Assembly (NCBI GenBank): GCA_965203355.1
Contig: OZ241889.1
Location: 1,792,001-1,856,000, forward strand
Origin: Candidatus Latescibacterota bacterium
GTDB lineage: Bacteria; Latescibacterota; UBA2968; UBA8231
Length of the DNA: 64,000 bases
Direction: 5' to 3'
Shown one piece after another: positions 43,289 to 52,603 of the stretch; the first letter of the stretch is position 1; the number at the start of each line of letters is the position of its first letter. The position numbers were made by a program, and so were the translations under genes. A model generated the notes under the pieces. It did not search any database, had not been told where the DNA came from, and saw only the letters and a program-made list of their open reading frames with translations.

Positions 43289-43317
43289 TTGATTTAGCCC
43301 CTATGGCTTCCTATTTT
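43289..43317 (+). promoter_or_regulatory. Putative sigma70 promoter for the galU operon
   Basis: TTGATT-N17-TATTTT in AT-rich divergent intergenic region. Confidence 0.45.
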
Positions 43318-43375
43318 CACTGGGTGCTATTTTTAGTTATGTCCTTGATTCTCTTAAACTTAAAATAAAAAACCC

Positions 43376-44245
43376 GTGCCGATTCGCAAAGCCGTATTCC
43401 CCGTAGCCGGTTTGGGCACTCGCCTGCTGCCGGCAACTAAATCTCAGCCTAAAGAGATGCTGCCTGTTGGTTGCAAGCCCGTTGTGCAATACGTGGTTGA
43501 GGAGATGATCGAGCAGGGGCTAGACAAGTTCCTCTTTGTAACGAGCCGCAAAAAGCGCTCGATTGAGGATCACTTTGACGACGATCCAGCGCTTGCGGCG
43601 CGTTTGGGCGATAGCGCGATCGGCGAGGTTGACTACGAGGCCGAGGGCGTTGAGTTCTACTATGTGCGGCAGCGGCGGCCGGCTGGCAATGCCGATGCCG
43701 TGCGCCAGGCGAGGGAATTCGTCGGCGATGAGTCGTTTGTGGTGGGGTTTGGCGACACAATCGTCACCTCGCCGCAGGTGCCAGGCGTGGTCGGCCGGAT
43801 GATGCAGTCGCATGTCCAGCGGGGTGCGGCCGCCACTATTGCCGTATGGGAAGTGCCGCGCGAGGATACCTACAAGTACGGAGTCGTCACACCGCAAGGC
43901 AGGGTCGCCGCCGACTTTGCCATCGCCGACATTGTTGAAAAGCCATCGGTGGAAGCCGCGCCGAGTTGTCTGGCGGTTGCGGCCCGTTATATTTTTTCGC
44001 CAGAGATTTTCGCTGCCATTGACGAGATTGAGCCTAGGGCTGGCGGCGAGTTGTGGTTGACCGATGCCATCCGCGTCTTAATCCAGCGCGGGGCCGAGGT
44101 TCGCGGCATACGCCTTGCGAGCGACGAGACGCGCTACGACATAGGAACGCCGCTGACGTACTATCGAGCCTTCGCGGATTTCGCCTTGGCCGACCGGGAG
44201 TTCGGCGCGGCGTTTCGCTCGTATCTCGAGGACAAATTGGCCTAG
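43376..44245 (+). CDS. galU: UTP--glucose-1-phosphate uridylyltransferase
   Basis: KAVFPVAGLGTRLLPATKSQPKEMLP, IEDHFD, VEKP, LTDAI. Confidence 0.88.
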   Translation: MPIRKAVFPVAGLGTRLLPATKSQPKEMLPVGCKPVVQYVVEEMIEQGLDKFLFVTSRKKRSIEDHFDDDPALAARLGDSAIGEVDYEAEGVEFYYVRQRRPAGNADAVRQAREFVGDESFVVGFGDTIVTSPQVPGVVGRMMQSHVQRGAAATIAVWEVPREDTYKYGVVTPQGRVAADFAIADIVEKPSVEAAPSCLAVAARYIFSPEIFAAIDEIEPRAGGELWLTDAIRVLIQRGAEVRGIRLASDETRYDIGTPLTYYRAFADFALADREFGAAFRSYLEDKLA

Positions 44246-44254
44246 GCAGATGCC

Positions 44255-45529
44255 ATGAAAGTAAAGCTCGACTATGGCCGCGACGGCCTCGAAATCGAAG
44301 TGCCCGACTCGGCCGAGGTATTGCAAATGGCGCCAAGTGAGGGACTTGACCGGATTGAGGAGCGGATTGAGCATGCGCTGAATCATCCGATAGGGACTCC
44401 GTCTTTGCGGCGGCTGGCGCGCGGGCGCAAAAACGCCTGCGTAGTAATTGCCGATATTACTCGCCCGGTCCCCAACGCCGTCATTTTGCCGCCCATGCTG
44501 CGGATTCTCGAAGAGGAAGGCATGGCCCGCGAGGATATTACCCTGTTGGTCGGCACCGGCCTACACCGGCCCAACGAAGGCGAGGAATTGGTCCAGCTCG
44601 TCGGAGCCGATATCGCGCACAACTATCGCATTGTCAACCACACCGCCCGCCACCGCGAAACTCTGACGTATTTGGGGGAAACCTCGGGCGGTGCGCCCAT
44701 ATGGATCGCCGCGCTCTACGTGGAGGCCGACCTAAAAATCGCTACCTCGCTAATTGAGCCACACTTAATGGCCGGGTACTCGGGGGGCCGCAAGGCCATC
44801 TGCCCGGGATTGATGGGCATTGAGACGATGCGCGTCCTGCACGGCCCTGAGTTGTTGAGCCATCCCCGGGCTTGCGAAGGTTCCATTGAGGGAAATCCTT
44901 TCCATCGCCAAGCCCTTGAAGTCGCGCAGCGCGCTGGGGTTGATTTTACATTTAATGTAGCTATGAACGACCAACGACAAATCACCGGCCTGTTCTGCGG
45001 CGACCTAGAGAAAGCCCATGCCGAAGGGGCGCGCTTTGTCGAGCGGCAGAATGGCGTCTTGGTTGACGAGCCGGTTGACATTGCGATTACTAGCAGTGCT
45101 GGTTGGCCACTCGACCTGACTTTTTACCAAGCTGTCAAGGGCCTTACGGCGGTATTGCCCATCGTCAAAGAGGGCGGGACGATCCTCATGGCTGCGCGCT
45201 GCGCCGAGGGGTTGGGTAGTTCTGAATTTGCGGAGATGCTGCTCGGCGCATCCGATGCCGCTGAATTCGCGGGTCGCCTTGCGGACCCCGACTTCTTCGC
45301 CATCGATCAATGGCAGTTGCAGGAGTTGTGCAAGGTGCTCGATAAGGCCGAGGTCATGTTCTACTCGGAAGGTATTGAACCTCAGTACCGCGACAAAGTG
45401 TGGGTCGAGGTCATTCCCTCTGTGGAGTATGGGCTAGCCGGGGCCCTAGCGCGGCACGGTGCCGGGGTGTGCATAGCGGTCGTGCCCCAAGGCCCTTACG
45501 TACTCACGCAAACCAAAGGAGGGCCCTGA
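44255..45529 (+). CDS. larA: Nickel-dependent lactate racemase family protein
   Basis: DITRPVPN, GTGLHR, EPHLMAGYSGGRKAICPG, YQAVKG, DQWQ. Confidence 0.9.
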   Translation: MKVKLDYGRDGLEIEVPDSAEVLQMAPSEGLDRIEERIEHALNHPIGTPSLRRLARGRKNACVVIADITRPVPNAVILPPMLRILEEEGMAREDITLLVGTGLHRPNEGEELVQLVGADIAHNYRIVNHTARHRETLTYLGETSGGAPIWIAALYVEADLKIATSLIEPHLMAGYSGGRKAICPGLMGIETMRVLHGPELLSHPRACEGSIEGNPFHRQALEVAQRAGVDFTFNVAMNDQRQITGLFCGDLEKAHAEGARFVERQNGVLVDEPVDIAITSSAGWPLDLTFYQAVKGLTAVLPIVKEGGTILMAARCAEGLGSSEFAEMLLGASDAAEFAGRLADPDFFAIDQWQLQELCKVLDKAEVMFYSEGIEPQYRDKVWVEVIPSVEYGLAGALARHGAGVCIAVVPQGPYVLTQTKGGP

Positions 45530-46596
45530 TGTCCGCTAGACACAGGTGGTTTTTGCGTGGAGGACTTGCTTTGTTGGCCGCGCTGTACTGGGGGACAAAC
45601 GAGGGAGCGGCTGTGGTGCCGATTATGGGGTTGGGCGAGCAAGAAGAAGCGGAGGAAGCATCCGAGGATTCGGTGGGCCGCGACAGCGCGATCTCAGAGG
45701 ATCTGAAGCAGCGGCTGCTCTTCATGCCCTTTCGCGACAAGTCGAAATACAAAGGCGAGTGGGACATATACTCAGCTATCCCCCGCGGCTTGGCCGATTC
45801 GCTGCGCGGCAGTGCCTTTTTCAGCACCGTGTCTATTGATTCAGCGCTCGTGCGGCTCAAAAAGAAAGAGCTGCAAGGCAAGCTCGATGTCGAACGCGCC
45901 TTGGCCGTTGGCCGCGCGGTGAATGCCGACTACGTCGTCTTAGGGCAGATCGACGAGATGAGCATGAAGCGCTTCCGCGCCACCGTGCCCATCGGCGGTT
46001 ATCGCAGCTATCAGGGCCTGACCACGGTGCGACTGTATCCCTATAAGGTCATCGATGGGGAGCCAGCCGGTGAGGTGATACGGGAAGTAGCTGAGGATAG
46101 CAAGCGCTATGGGATTACCAATCCGGCGGCGTTCGTGCCACTAGAAAAGGAGTACTTCCTGCTAGGCCAGATAGAGTGGGGTAGCGAGGAATTCCACAAC
46201 ACCTTGCTGGGCAAGTCGGTGAGCCGATGTCTGGACCACTTGGCCGCCGGGCTAGACAGCCTCATCCAACCCCCGGCCGCGCTCAAGGTTTCCGAGCCGA
46301 AAATCATCGAGGTGGTGGCTGATACCGTGCGGGCTGATACCAATGTGCTAGTGCGGTTGAGTGCTTATATTAACGTAGGATTAGCCGATTCAGTGCAGAA
46401 AGGCAACAAGTACGGCGTGTGGGACAAGGGGCGGGAACTGAAAGACCCGGATACCGGCGAGGTATTGGGAACGTCCCTGCCGCGCCGGGTCGGCGTCGTG
46501 CAAGTCGAACAGGTGCTCAGCCAACACCTGTCGCTGGTGAGGATTCTGCAAGGGGAAGACGCCGTGCAAAAGGACTACGGAATTCGCGCCGAATAA
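45529..46596 (+). CDS. Exported CsgG/FlgT-like protein
   Basis: Signal-like N-terminus; GRAVNADYVVLGQI; C-terminal YINVG...LKDPDTGEVLG...GVVQV FlgT_C-like motif. Confidence 0.55.
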   Translation: MSARHRWFLRGGLALLAALYWGTNEGAAVVPIMGLGEQEEAEEASEDSVGRDSAISEDLKQRLLFMPFRDKSKYKGEWDIYSAIPRGLADSLRGSAFFSTVSIDSALVRLKKKELQGKLDVERALAVGRAVNADYVVLGQIDEMSMKRFRATVPIGGYRSYQGLTTVRLYPYKVIDGEPAGEVIREVAEDSKRYGITNPAAFVPLEKEYFLLGQIEWGSEEFHNTLLGKSVSRCLDHLAAGLDSLIQPPAALKVSEPKIIEVVADTVRADTNVLVRLSAYINVGLADSVQKGNKYGVWDKGRELKDPDTGEVLGTSLPRRVGVVQVEQVLSQHLSLVRILQGEDAVQKDYGIRAE

Positions 46597-46603
46597 GGTC
46601 GCT

Positions 46604-47062
46604 ATGAACCCACTACAAACGACATGGACCACGCGCTTGATCCTGCTGCTAGTCGCCGCTAGTGAAGTTGGCAGTAGTCAGATTCAGGATCTGCTGGAGG
46701 ACAGCCGCGTTTTCTACGTCTTCTCGCCCGATAGGGCCCCGCAGCACCAGCGGGTCTTGCAGCTATGGCAGCAGTTGGGTGCTCAAGAGGCCGAGCAGCG
46801 GTTTGTCGCCATTGCCCGCGAAGGACAAGTGCCGATGGTCAAAGGGCTGACTCTGTGGTCCGCCGCGCTGGCCGGGCAGTCCCCGGAAGTACCCGCGTAC
46901 CTCAAAGCGCGGCTGGCCGCCGACGGGGATTATTTTGCAGCCGTAGATAGCACGGGTACTATGCGCTTGGCCGGGCCGGGCCAAGACCTACTGATGCTGC
47001 AATCCATATCCACGGAAGTGGACGAAAGCACTTGGGGCAAGGTAAAGGACCTGTTCAAATAG
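46604..47062 (+). CDS. Small exported protein with C-terminal TEVDESTWGKVKDLFK tail
   Basis: Hydrophobic N-terminus; tail shared with 52604-53503. Confidence 0.7.
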   Translation: MNPLQTTWTTRLILLLVAASEVGSSQIQDLLEDSRVFYVFSPDRAPQHQRVLQLWQQLGAQEAEQRFVAIAREGQVPMVKGLTLWSAALAGQSPEVPAYLKARLAADGDYFAAVDSTGTMRLAGPGQDLLMLQSISTEVDESTWGKVKDLFK

Positions 47063-47066
47063 GCCT

Positions 47067-47750
47067 ATGTCTGCCGCGGCTGAGCATAGAGACTTTTCCA
47101 TCAAGCGCATCAATGCTTTCGCCTGCGGTGCTCGCTTGCTCGCGGCAGGTGCTATGCGCTATCACCGCTTGGCAGTCGAGGGTGGCCGCAATCTGCCGTG
47201 TGCGGGGCCGGCCCTGATTTTGCCCAAGCATTGCGCGTACCGCGACATTCTACTCGAAGGCGTCTTGTTGTACAGGCTCACTCGGCGCTATGCCAACTAC
47301 ATTATGAAGGTTGGGCTGTGGGGGGTACTGGAGTGGATGGGGGGGGTCAAGGTGGTGAGGCCCAAAGACATCAGGCGGATCGCCGACCGAGAGCAACGCC
47401 GCGCCGAGATCCGGCGGGCCCGAGCAGCCAACCAACAGATGCAAGTTTATTTAGATGGGCTGTACCAGTGCGGGGAATTGGTCGTCTCGCACCCGGAAGG
47501 CATGCGTTATCAAGGCAAGTTGGGGCCCCTGCAAAAGGAAGTCGTCGAGCACTTGGTACAGGCCGAAGATCGGTTGGGGATGCGCGTACCGTTGATTCCC
47601 ATCGGACTGAATTACGATAGCTACACTCGGCCTGGGGCGCGGGTGTACTTTCGGGTTGACGAACCGCTCTACGCGGATTCCTTTGCCAATATCAACGAGT
47701 TGATGAGTCATCTCAGCAATCGCCTGCGGGTGCTCAGCGGCTTGGCCTGA
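47067..47750 (+). CDS. Lysophospholipid acyltransferase (PlsC-like)
   Basis: PKHCAYRD HX4D motif, HPEG, PLIPIG. Confidence 0.8.
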   Translation: MSAAAEHRDFSIKRINAFACGARLLAAGAMRYHRLAVEGGRNLPCAGPALILPKHCAYRDILLEGVLLYRLTRRYANYIMKVGLWGVLEWMGGVKVVRPKDIRRIADREQRRAEIRRARAANQQMQVYLDGLYQCGELVVSHPEGMRYQGKLGPLQKEVVEHLVQAEDRLGMRVPLIPIGLNYDSYTRPGARVYFRVDEPLYADSFANINELMSHLSNRLRVLSGLA

Positions 47751-47783
47751 TGGGCTGGGACAATAACTCAGCAAGGAGACTAC

Positions 47784-48956
47784 ATGTTCAAACTTGTATT
47801 GGTTTTAGCCGTCGCGGTCGCAGGATGCGGCTCGAATCAAGTTAAAATCGAGATCAAGGGCGGAGACGGCCAATTCGTGCGCTTAGACGCCAATGACGTC
47901 CAATACAAATTCAACCGCTTGGTCAAAGCCGGAACCTACATCCTGCCCGAGCCGGATAGCAAAATCGAATTGGACGGAGGTGCGTACGCCGTCAAGGTCT
48001 CCGCCGGGGATTATCTGGGGAACAAGGTCTTGCAAGTGGAATCGCCGCCACTATGGGGCGTGCGGACCTACGAGGCAATATTTGACATTCCCGCTGGTAG
48101 CAATACCGCTTTTAAGCGCGAGGGCACGATCCTCTACGCTTCGACCAAGAAAGACGTCCGCGACTGGGACTTGTTTACCATCAAGGCCGATGGCAGCGCC
48201 CGTCGGCAACTAACCCACACTCCTGAACCCGAGCAGCACCCGTCTTGGTCGCCCGACGGTGAGAAGATCCTCTTCACCCGCGGCGACGTAATGAGTAACA
48301 TCGACCTCTACGTCATGGATGCCGACAACTCTAATGTCGTGCGCCTGACCGAACATCCCGAACGCGACCAGCGCGGCGTTTTTTCGCCCGATGGCGCGAC
48401 CATTGCCTTCGTCAGTGAGCGCGATGGCTATGTGGCCGTCTGGCTCATGGACGCCGACGGGTCCAACCCGCGCAAGTTGGTTCAAGGCGACCAGCCTTCG
48501 TTTTCGCCCGATGGTCGCCGCATTGCCTTTACTTCTTCAGCTTTCGACGATAACGACGAGATTTACCTCATTGATCTCGACGGGTCGAATCGGACTCGCC
48601 TCACCGAGAATCGGCGCAAGATCGACTGGTTTGCATCGTTTTCGCCCAAAGGCGATCGCTTGGCTTACAACTCGGAGGAATTTGGCGGCGAAGAACTGAT
48701 GCTGATGCGGGCCGACGGGCAAGGGAAGACCCGCATCTCCATTGCCGAGAAGACCTATGAGCAAGAGCCGGTTTGGTCGCCCGATGGCAAGGGACTAGCG
48801 TATGCGGGCAAGATGGGCGACGACGAATACGACATTTACTTGGTCGGAACGGCTGGATTTGACTTGGACGAGATGGACGCGCCGCCACTGATGCCCATCA
48901 ATCTGACCGACAATGACGACCGCAACGATATGTCGCCGAGCTGGCGTCCCCACTGA
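47784..48956 (+). CDS. TolB-like (PD40 repeat) lipoprotein
   Basis: Lipobox VAGC; repeated PSWSPDG / FSPDG motifs. Confidence 0.88.
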   Translation: MFKLVLVLAVAVAGCGSNQVKIEIKGGDGQFVRLDANDVQYKFNRLVKAGTYILPEPDSKIELDGGAYAVKVSAGDYLGNKVLQVESPPLWGVRTYEAIFDIPAGSNTAFKREGTILYASTKKDVRDWDLFTIKADGSARRQLTHTPEPEQHPSWSPDGEKILFTRGDVMSNIDLYVMDADNSNVVRLTEHPERDQRGVFSPDGATIAFVSERDGYVAVWLMDADGSNPRKLVQGDQPSFSPDGRRIAFTSSAFDDNDEIYLIDLDGSNRTRLTENRRKIDWFASFSPKGDRLAYNSEEFGGEELMLMRADGQGKTRISIAEKTYEQEPVWSPDGKGLAYAGKMGDDEYDIYLVGTAGFDLDEMDAPPLMPINLTDNDDRNDMSPSWRPH

Positions 48957-48962
48957 TCCAAC

Positions 48963-50573
48963 ATGCAAACGAAGGGGGCTAAGGGCGCTTTTTATCTCTA
49001 TATCGTCCTCGCCTTAGGGCTAGCCCTACGGTTTGTAAACCTGCAAGATCCCCTGACTGACAAGCAGGCTTGGCGCCAGACGGACACGGCCGCTATAGCC
49101 CGCAATTTTTACGAGGAAGGGTATTCTCTCTTCTATCCGCGCGTTGATTGGCGCGGTACCACTGCTGGGTATGTGGAGACGAATTTTCCGCTATACCCCT
49201 TTGTCGTTGCCCTACTTTACGCCGCTGCCGACGGTTCCTATGAGTGGATCGGGCGGCTCGTGGCCGCGCTGTGCTCGACAGCGGCGGCGGTACCGCTCTA
49301 TTGGCTGGGACTGCGATTGGGCTTGGGGTGGCTGGGTGCGCTACTAGCGGCACTGCTCTATTTGCTTTTTCCCATGAGCATCTACTACGGGCGCACCTTT
49401 ATGCCCGAAGCGCTGATGATTCTTTTAAGCGTGGGGTCGCTTTGGGCTTTCGCACGGTGGATTGACAGCGGTCGCCGATGGGACTTCGCGCTGGCTGTCC
49501 TGCTGGCCGCTCTGTGTTTTCTCGTCAAAATACCTACTCTCTATCTCGGCTTTCCGTTGATCACCTTAGCTTGGCTGCGCTGGGGGTGGCGCTTCGCCTT
49601 CAAGCCCGTGCTTTGGCTCTATCTCGTGTTAGCCTTGGCACCTGCCGCGCTTTGGTATTGGCACGCTAGTCTGCTCTTTGAGGAGACCGGCCTGACGTTT
49701 GGTATCTGGAATCGCTACGGCTATGATAAATGGGATCGCAGCGTACTTTTTACGGTTGATTTTTATTTGACGCTGTCAGAGCGCTTTTGGCACAGCGTCT
49801 ATACGCCTGTGGGGGTGGCCCTAGTTTTGGCTGGGCTCGCCCTCGCGCCTAGCCAACGGCGCGAATGGACGCTCTGGGTGTGGATGGGAGGGCTGGTGCT
49901 CTACGTCTTTGTGGTCCCTGAAGGCAATCGCAGGCTACACTACTACCAACTACCCTTTGCTCCGGTTGGGGCCCTTATTGCTGGGCGGGTGCTCGAAGCC
50001 ATTATTAGGGCAGATGCTACAGCGGTGAGATGGTGTCGGTTCGCACGGAACTGGAAATACCACTGGCGTATCGTGTTAGTATGTACCTTGATCGTTGGGG
50101 TCGCCGCCTGTAGTAATTGGGCGGTGAGGCCGTATTACGCGCAGCCCAACAATTGGCACAACTACTACCAAAGCTGCCATTTGGTGGGGCGGATACTCGA
50201 CGCCAAGTTGCCGCAGGATGCGCTGTTGGTCATCGGCGACGAGGACGAAAACACCGGGGTACCGCACCGGTCGCAAAGCCCGACTTTGCTCTACTACTGC
50301 CATCGCAAGGGCTGGCAAATAACCCCAGACGACTTTGCGCCCGCCCGGCTCGACAGCCTCGCAGCCGAGGGCGCGGACTATTTCCTTGTAGCGGCTGGTT
50401 TTGTTGTGGGAAACGAGTTTTTTTGGCAAGATCTCTTGCGCCGAGGCGTGACGATCCCTTCGGCATACCCGCGCCAGTGGCACGACGAAGCAGAGTTTAT
50501 GCACTTCGTCAGCCGGCAACCAAGACAAGATCGGCACTTCATCCTCGTATCTCTCGCGAGTCGCGGCGAGTAG
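48963..50573 (+). CDS. ArnT/PMT-like (GT-C) membrane glycosyltransferase
   Basis: WRQTDTAAIARNF, NFPLYP, GRTFMPE, LVKIP, HYYQLP; many TM helices. Confidence 0.8.
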   Translation: MQTKGAKGAFYLYIVLALGLALRFVNLQDPLTDKQAWRQTDTAAIARNFYEEGYSLFYPRVDWRGTTAGYVETNFPLYPFVVALLYAAADGSYEWIGRLVAALCSTAAAVPLYWLGLRLGLGWLGALLAALLYLLFPMSIYYGRTFMPEALMILLSVGSLWAFARWIDSGRRWDFALAVLLAALCFLVKIPTLYLGFPLITLAWLRWGWRFAFKPVLWLYLVLALAPAALWYWHASLLFEETGLTFGIWNRYGYDKWDRSVLFTVDFYLTLSERFWHSVYTPVGVALVLAGLALAPSQRREWTLWVWMGGLVLYVFVVPEGNRRLHYYQLPFAPVGALIAGRVLEAIIRADATAVRWCRFARNWKYHWRIVLVCTLIVGVAACSNWAVRPYYAQPNNWHNYYQSCHLVGRILDAKLPQDALLVIGDEDENTGVPHRSQSPTLLYYCHRKGWQITPDDFAPARLDSLAAEGADYFLVAAGFVVGNEFFWQDLLRRGVTIPSAYPRQWHDEAEFMHFVSRQPRQDRHFILVSLASRGE

Positions 50574-50606
50574 TTGACAGCAGCCAAGTGCCTATATTAG
50601 TATAAT
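50574..50606 (+). promoter_or_regulatory. Possible sigma70 promoter
   Basis: TTGACA at 50574 followed by overlapping TATATT/TAGTAT/TATAAT; spacing not ideal. Confidence 0.4.
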
Positions 50607-50658
50607 GTTTATATCCTTGGCTCTTAGGTAGTTATCCGTTCGTCCCGAGGAGGGAAAG

Positions 50659-51351
50659 ATGGCGTCGAAAGTCGAATACACACAGGTGCGAAAGTGGTTT
50701 CTGGTCGGTATAGCAGCCGTTGTGGCTGGCTGTGCCACGACCGGAGGCAGCGGAGGCGGTTATAGTCTGCGTCTGCCGCCCATTCCCGAGGGCAAGGGTC
50801 GGCTCATGTTGGAGACGGGTAGGATCAACGAGGTCAATTACTATGTCCTCGACGGAGAGACTGGCGAGGAAATTTACTCGGAATCGCCGCGCATGGCTGC
50901 GAGTTCTCCCATAGGGTACGAGACCGGCTATCGCTCTCTACCGCAATTTGTCGATCTGGACCCTGGCAGATACACCGTTGTGGTCAATACGGATATCGAC
51001 GACAGCGTTGAGAAAGAAGTCGAAGTCCTAATGGGACAGGAAATGTACGCGACTATACCCATCGGCCGGTTTCAGGTCATTTTTTCTGATGCGCAGGGCC
51101 GCAGTCAGGTGCCGTTCTTAATTTTTGATTACAATTTGCGGACTATGCTAGGTCGGGGTATGACCTCAACAGAGGTGCGCTATTTTATTATGCCCGTGGG
51201 CGAATACAAGGTGAGGATTGAAAATTCTCCCACTGGTTCGGACGAAATCAGGCCCGTACAGATCAGCATGGGACAGACCCAAAACATTATCATCGGACCG
51301 CTGCCCTCGCCGGCACAACCGGGCGAAACCGGGAGCGAAGGGGCCGAATAG
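50659..51351 (+). CDS. Hypothetical lipoprotein with two small beta-sandwich (PEGA-like) domains
   Basis: Lipobox VAGC; LDPGRYTV and MPVGEYKV repeats; GAGG RBS. Confidence 0.7.
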   Translation: MASKVEYTQVRKWFLVGIAAVVAGCATTGGSGGGYSLRLPPIPEGKGRLMLETGRINEVNYYVLDGETGEEIYSESPRMAASSPIGYETGYRSLPQFVDLDPGRYTVVVNTDIDDSVEKEVEVLMGQEMYATIPIGRFQVIFSDAQGRSQVPFLIFDYNLRTMLGRGMTSTEVRYFIMPVGEYKVRIENSPTGSDEIRPVQISMGQTQNIIIGPLPSPAQPGETGSEGAE

Positions 51352-51377
51352 CCTTAGGCTTATCGCGGAGTAATACC

Positions 51378-52286
51378 ATGCAGCGCAAAGAACTATGGGG
51401 TGGAATTGCACTCTTGGCCGCGCTATGGGTATCGGTCAGTGGCGTGGCCGCGTCCTCTCTCAAGGCGACCGTTATCGATCGCTACGGCAATCAACACCAA
51501 GTAGATAAGTTCACCTTTCAGGGGCGTCAGGATTTGGAAATTTACGTCCAAGGGCAACGTCGGTTGGTGGAACTAGTCAGGGTGGATCGGGTGCGCTTTG
51601 AAGGGGAACGCAGCGACGAAGAACAGCGCGTCGTGCTTGTGTTCCGCAACGGTGTTCAAGAAGCGGGCTTGATGGTGACGGGTGGCTCTACTTCGCCTCA
51701 CCAAGATGCGGTTGGTGGAGGGAGTAGTGGGCGTCGCTTCTCTGGGGTGACCAAACTGGGGCCGTTTTTCATTCTCGCCAGCGATGTGCAAGAGATTGTC
51801 TTGCGCCACCCCGTCGGCGAGGAGCCACCCGATGAAAAAATTCTCAAGGCCACGATCATCACGATGAATGGCCGGCGCTTTGATGTGGAAAATTTGCGCT
51901 TTCATGGCAAGCAGCGCCTTGATTTTCTTAAGGGCCGCAACAAGCGCTTTATTCCCCTAGACAAGGTGGCGCGAATTGACTTTGAAGACGGCGGAACGGG
52001 TGATGAGTTCAGGCCGATAACGGCGACCTATTGGTCGGGAAAAACCGTTATGGGCACGGTCGAGGCGAGCCTAGTGCGCCTTTCGGGCGAGACCGACAAG
52101 AGCTATTTCGAGCGCGTCAACCGGGCTTTTACAGGTGTCGTGGGTTCGAGTCCATTTGCGATTGGTATGCGCGATGTGAAGCATATTCGCTTTCGGCAAG
52201 ATAAGGACGAGGATGCTGAAGGTGGTGCTGACGACGCTGATAACGCCGGAAACGTTGCTAATGACACCGCCGGAGATTCTCAATAA
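51378..52286 (+). CDS. Exported hypothetical protein with two internal repeats
   Basis: Signal peptide; LKATVID...VDRVRFE and LKATIIT...VARIDFE; acidic tail. Confidence 0.7.
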   Translation: MQRKELWGGIALLAALWVSVSGVAASSLKATVIDRYGNQHQVDKFTFQGRQDLEIYVQGQRRLVELVRVDRVRFEGERSDEEQRVVLVFRNGVQEAGLMVTGGSTSPHQDAVGGGSSGRRFSGVTKLGPFFILASDVQEIVLRHPVGEEPPDEKILKATIITMNGRRFDVENLRFHGKQRLDFLKGRNKRFIPLDKVARIDFEDGGTGDEFRPITATYWSGKTVMGTVEASLVRLSGETDKSYFERVNRAFTGVVGSSPFAIGMRDVKHIRFRQDKDEDAEGGADDADNAGNVANDTAGDSQ

Positions 52287-52363
52287 GTTCCTTGCGTAAT
52301 TCCCGATAATGCCCCTTATCGGGAGTATGCCATGCCAGCGGACCAATCACTATAACAAACTAC

Positions 52364-52392
52364 TTGCAGTCATGAGGATGATTTCCTATATT
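52364..52392 (+). promoter_or_regulatory. Putative sigma70 promoter
   Basis: TTGCAG-N17-TATATT. Confidence 0.55.
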
Positions 52393-52603
52393 CCAAGATA
52401 GTGAAAGTCCTCTACAGACAACGGCATCAATTTGGTCAGGAAAATCGGATGTTGATTGTTAGAGGGCTTAATTTTCTACGAGGGGAAGACCGATCTATAG
52501 AGGCAGGAAGTGTTAGCCTGATGCTATGACGCAAATGCCAAAGAGGTCGCTACCCCAAAACCATCACACTCCCGATAAGGGGCATTGGAAGGAGTTGCAT
52601 CTT

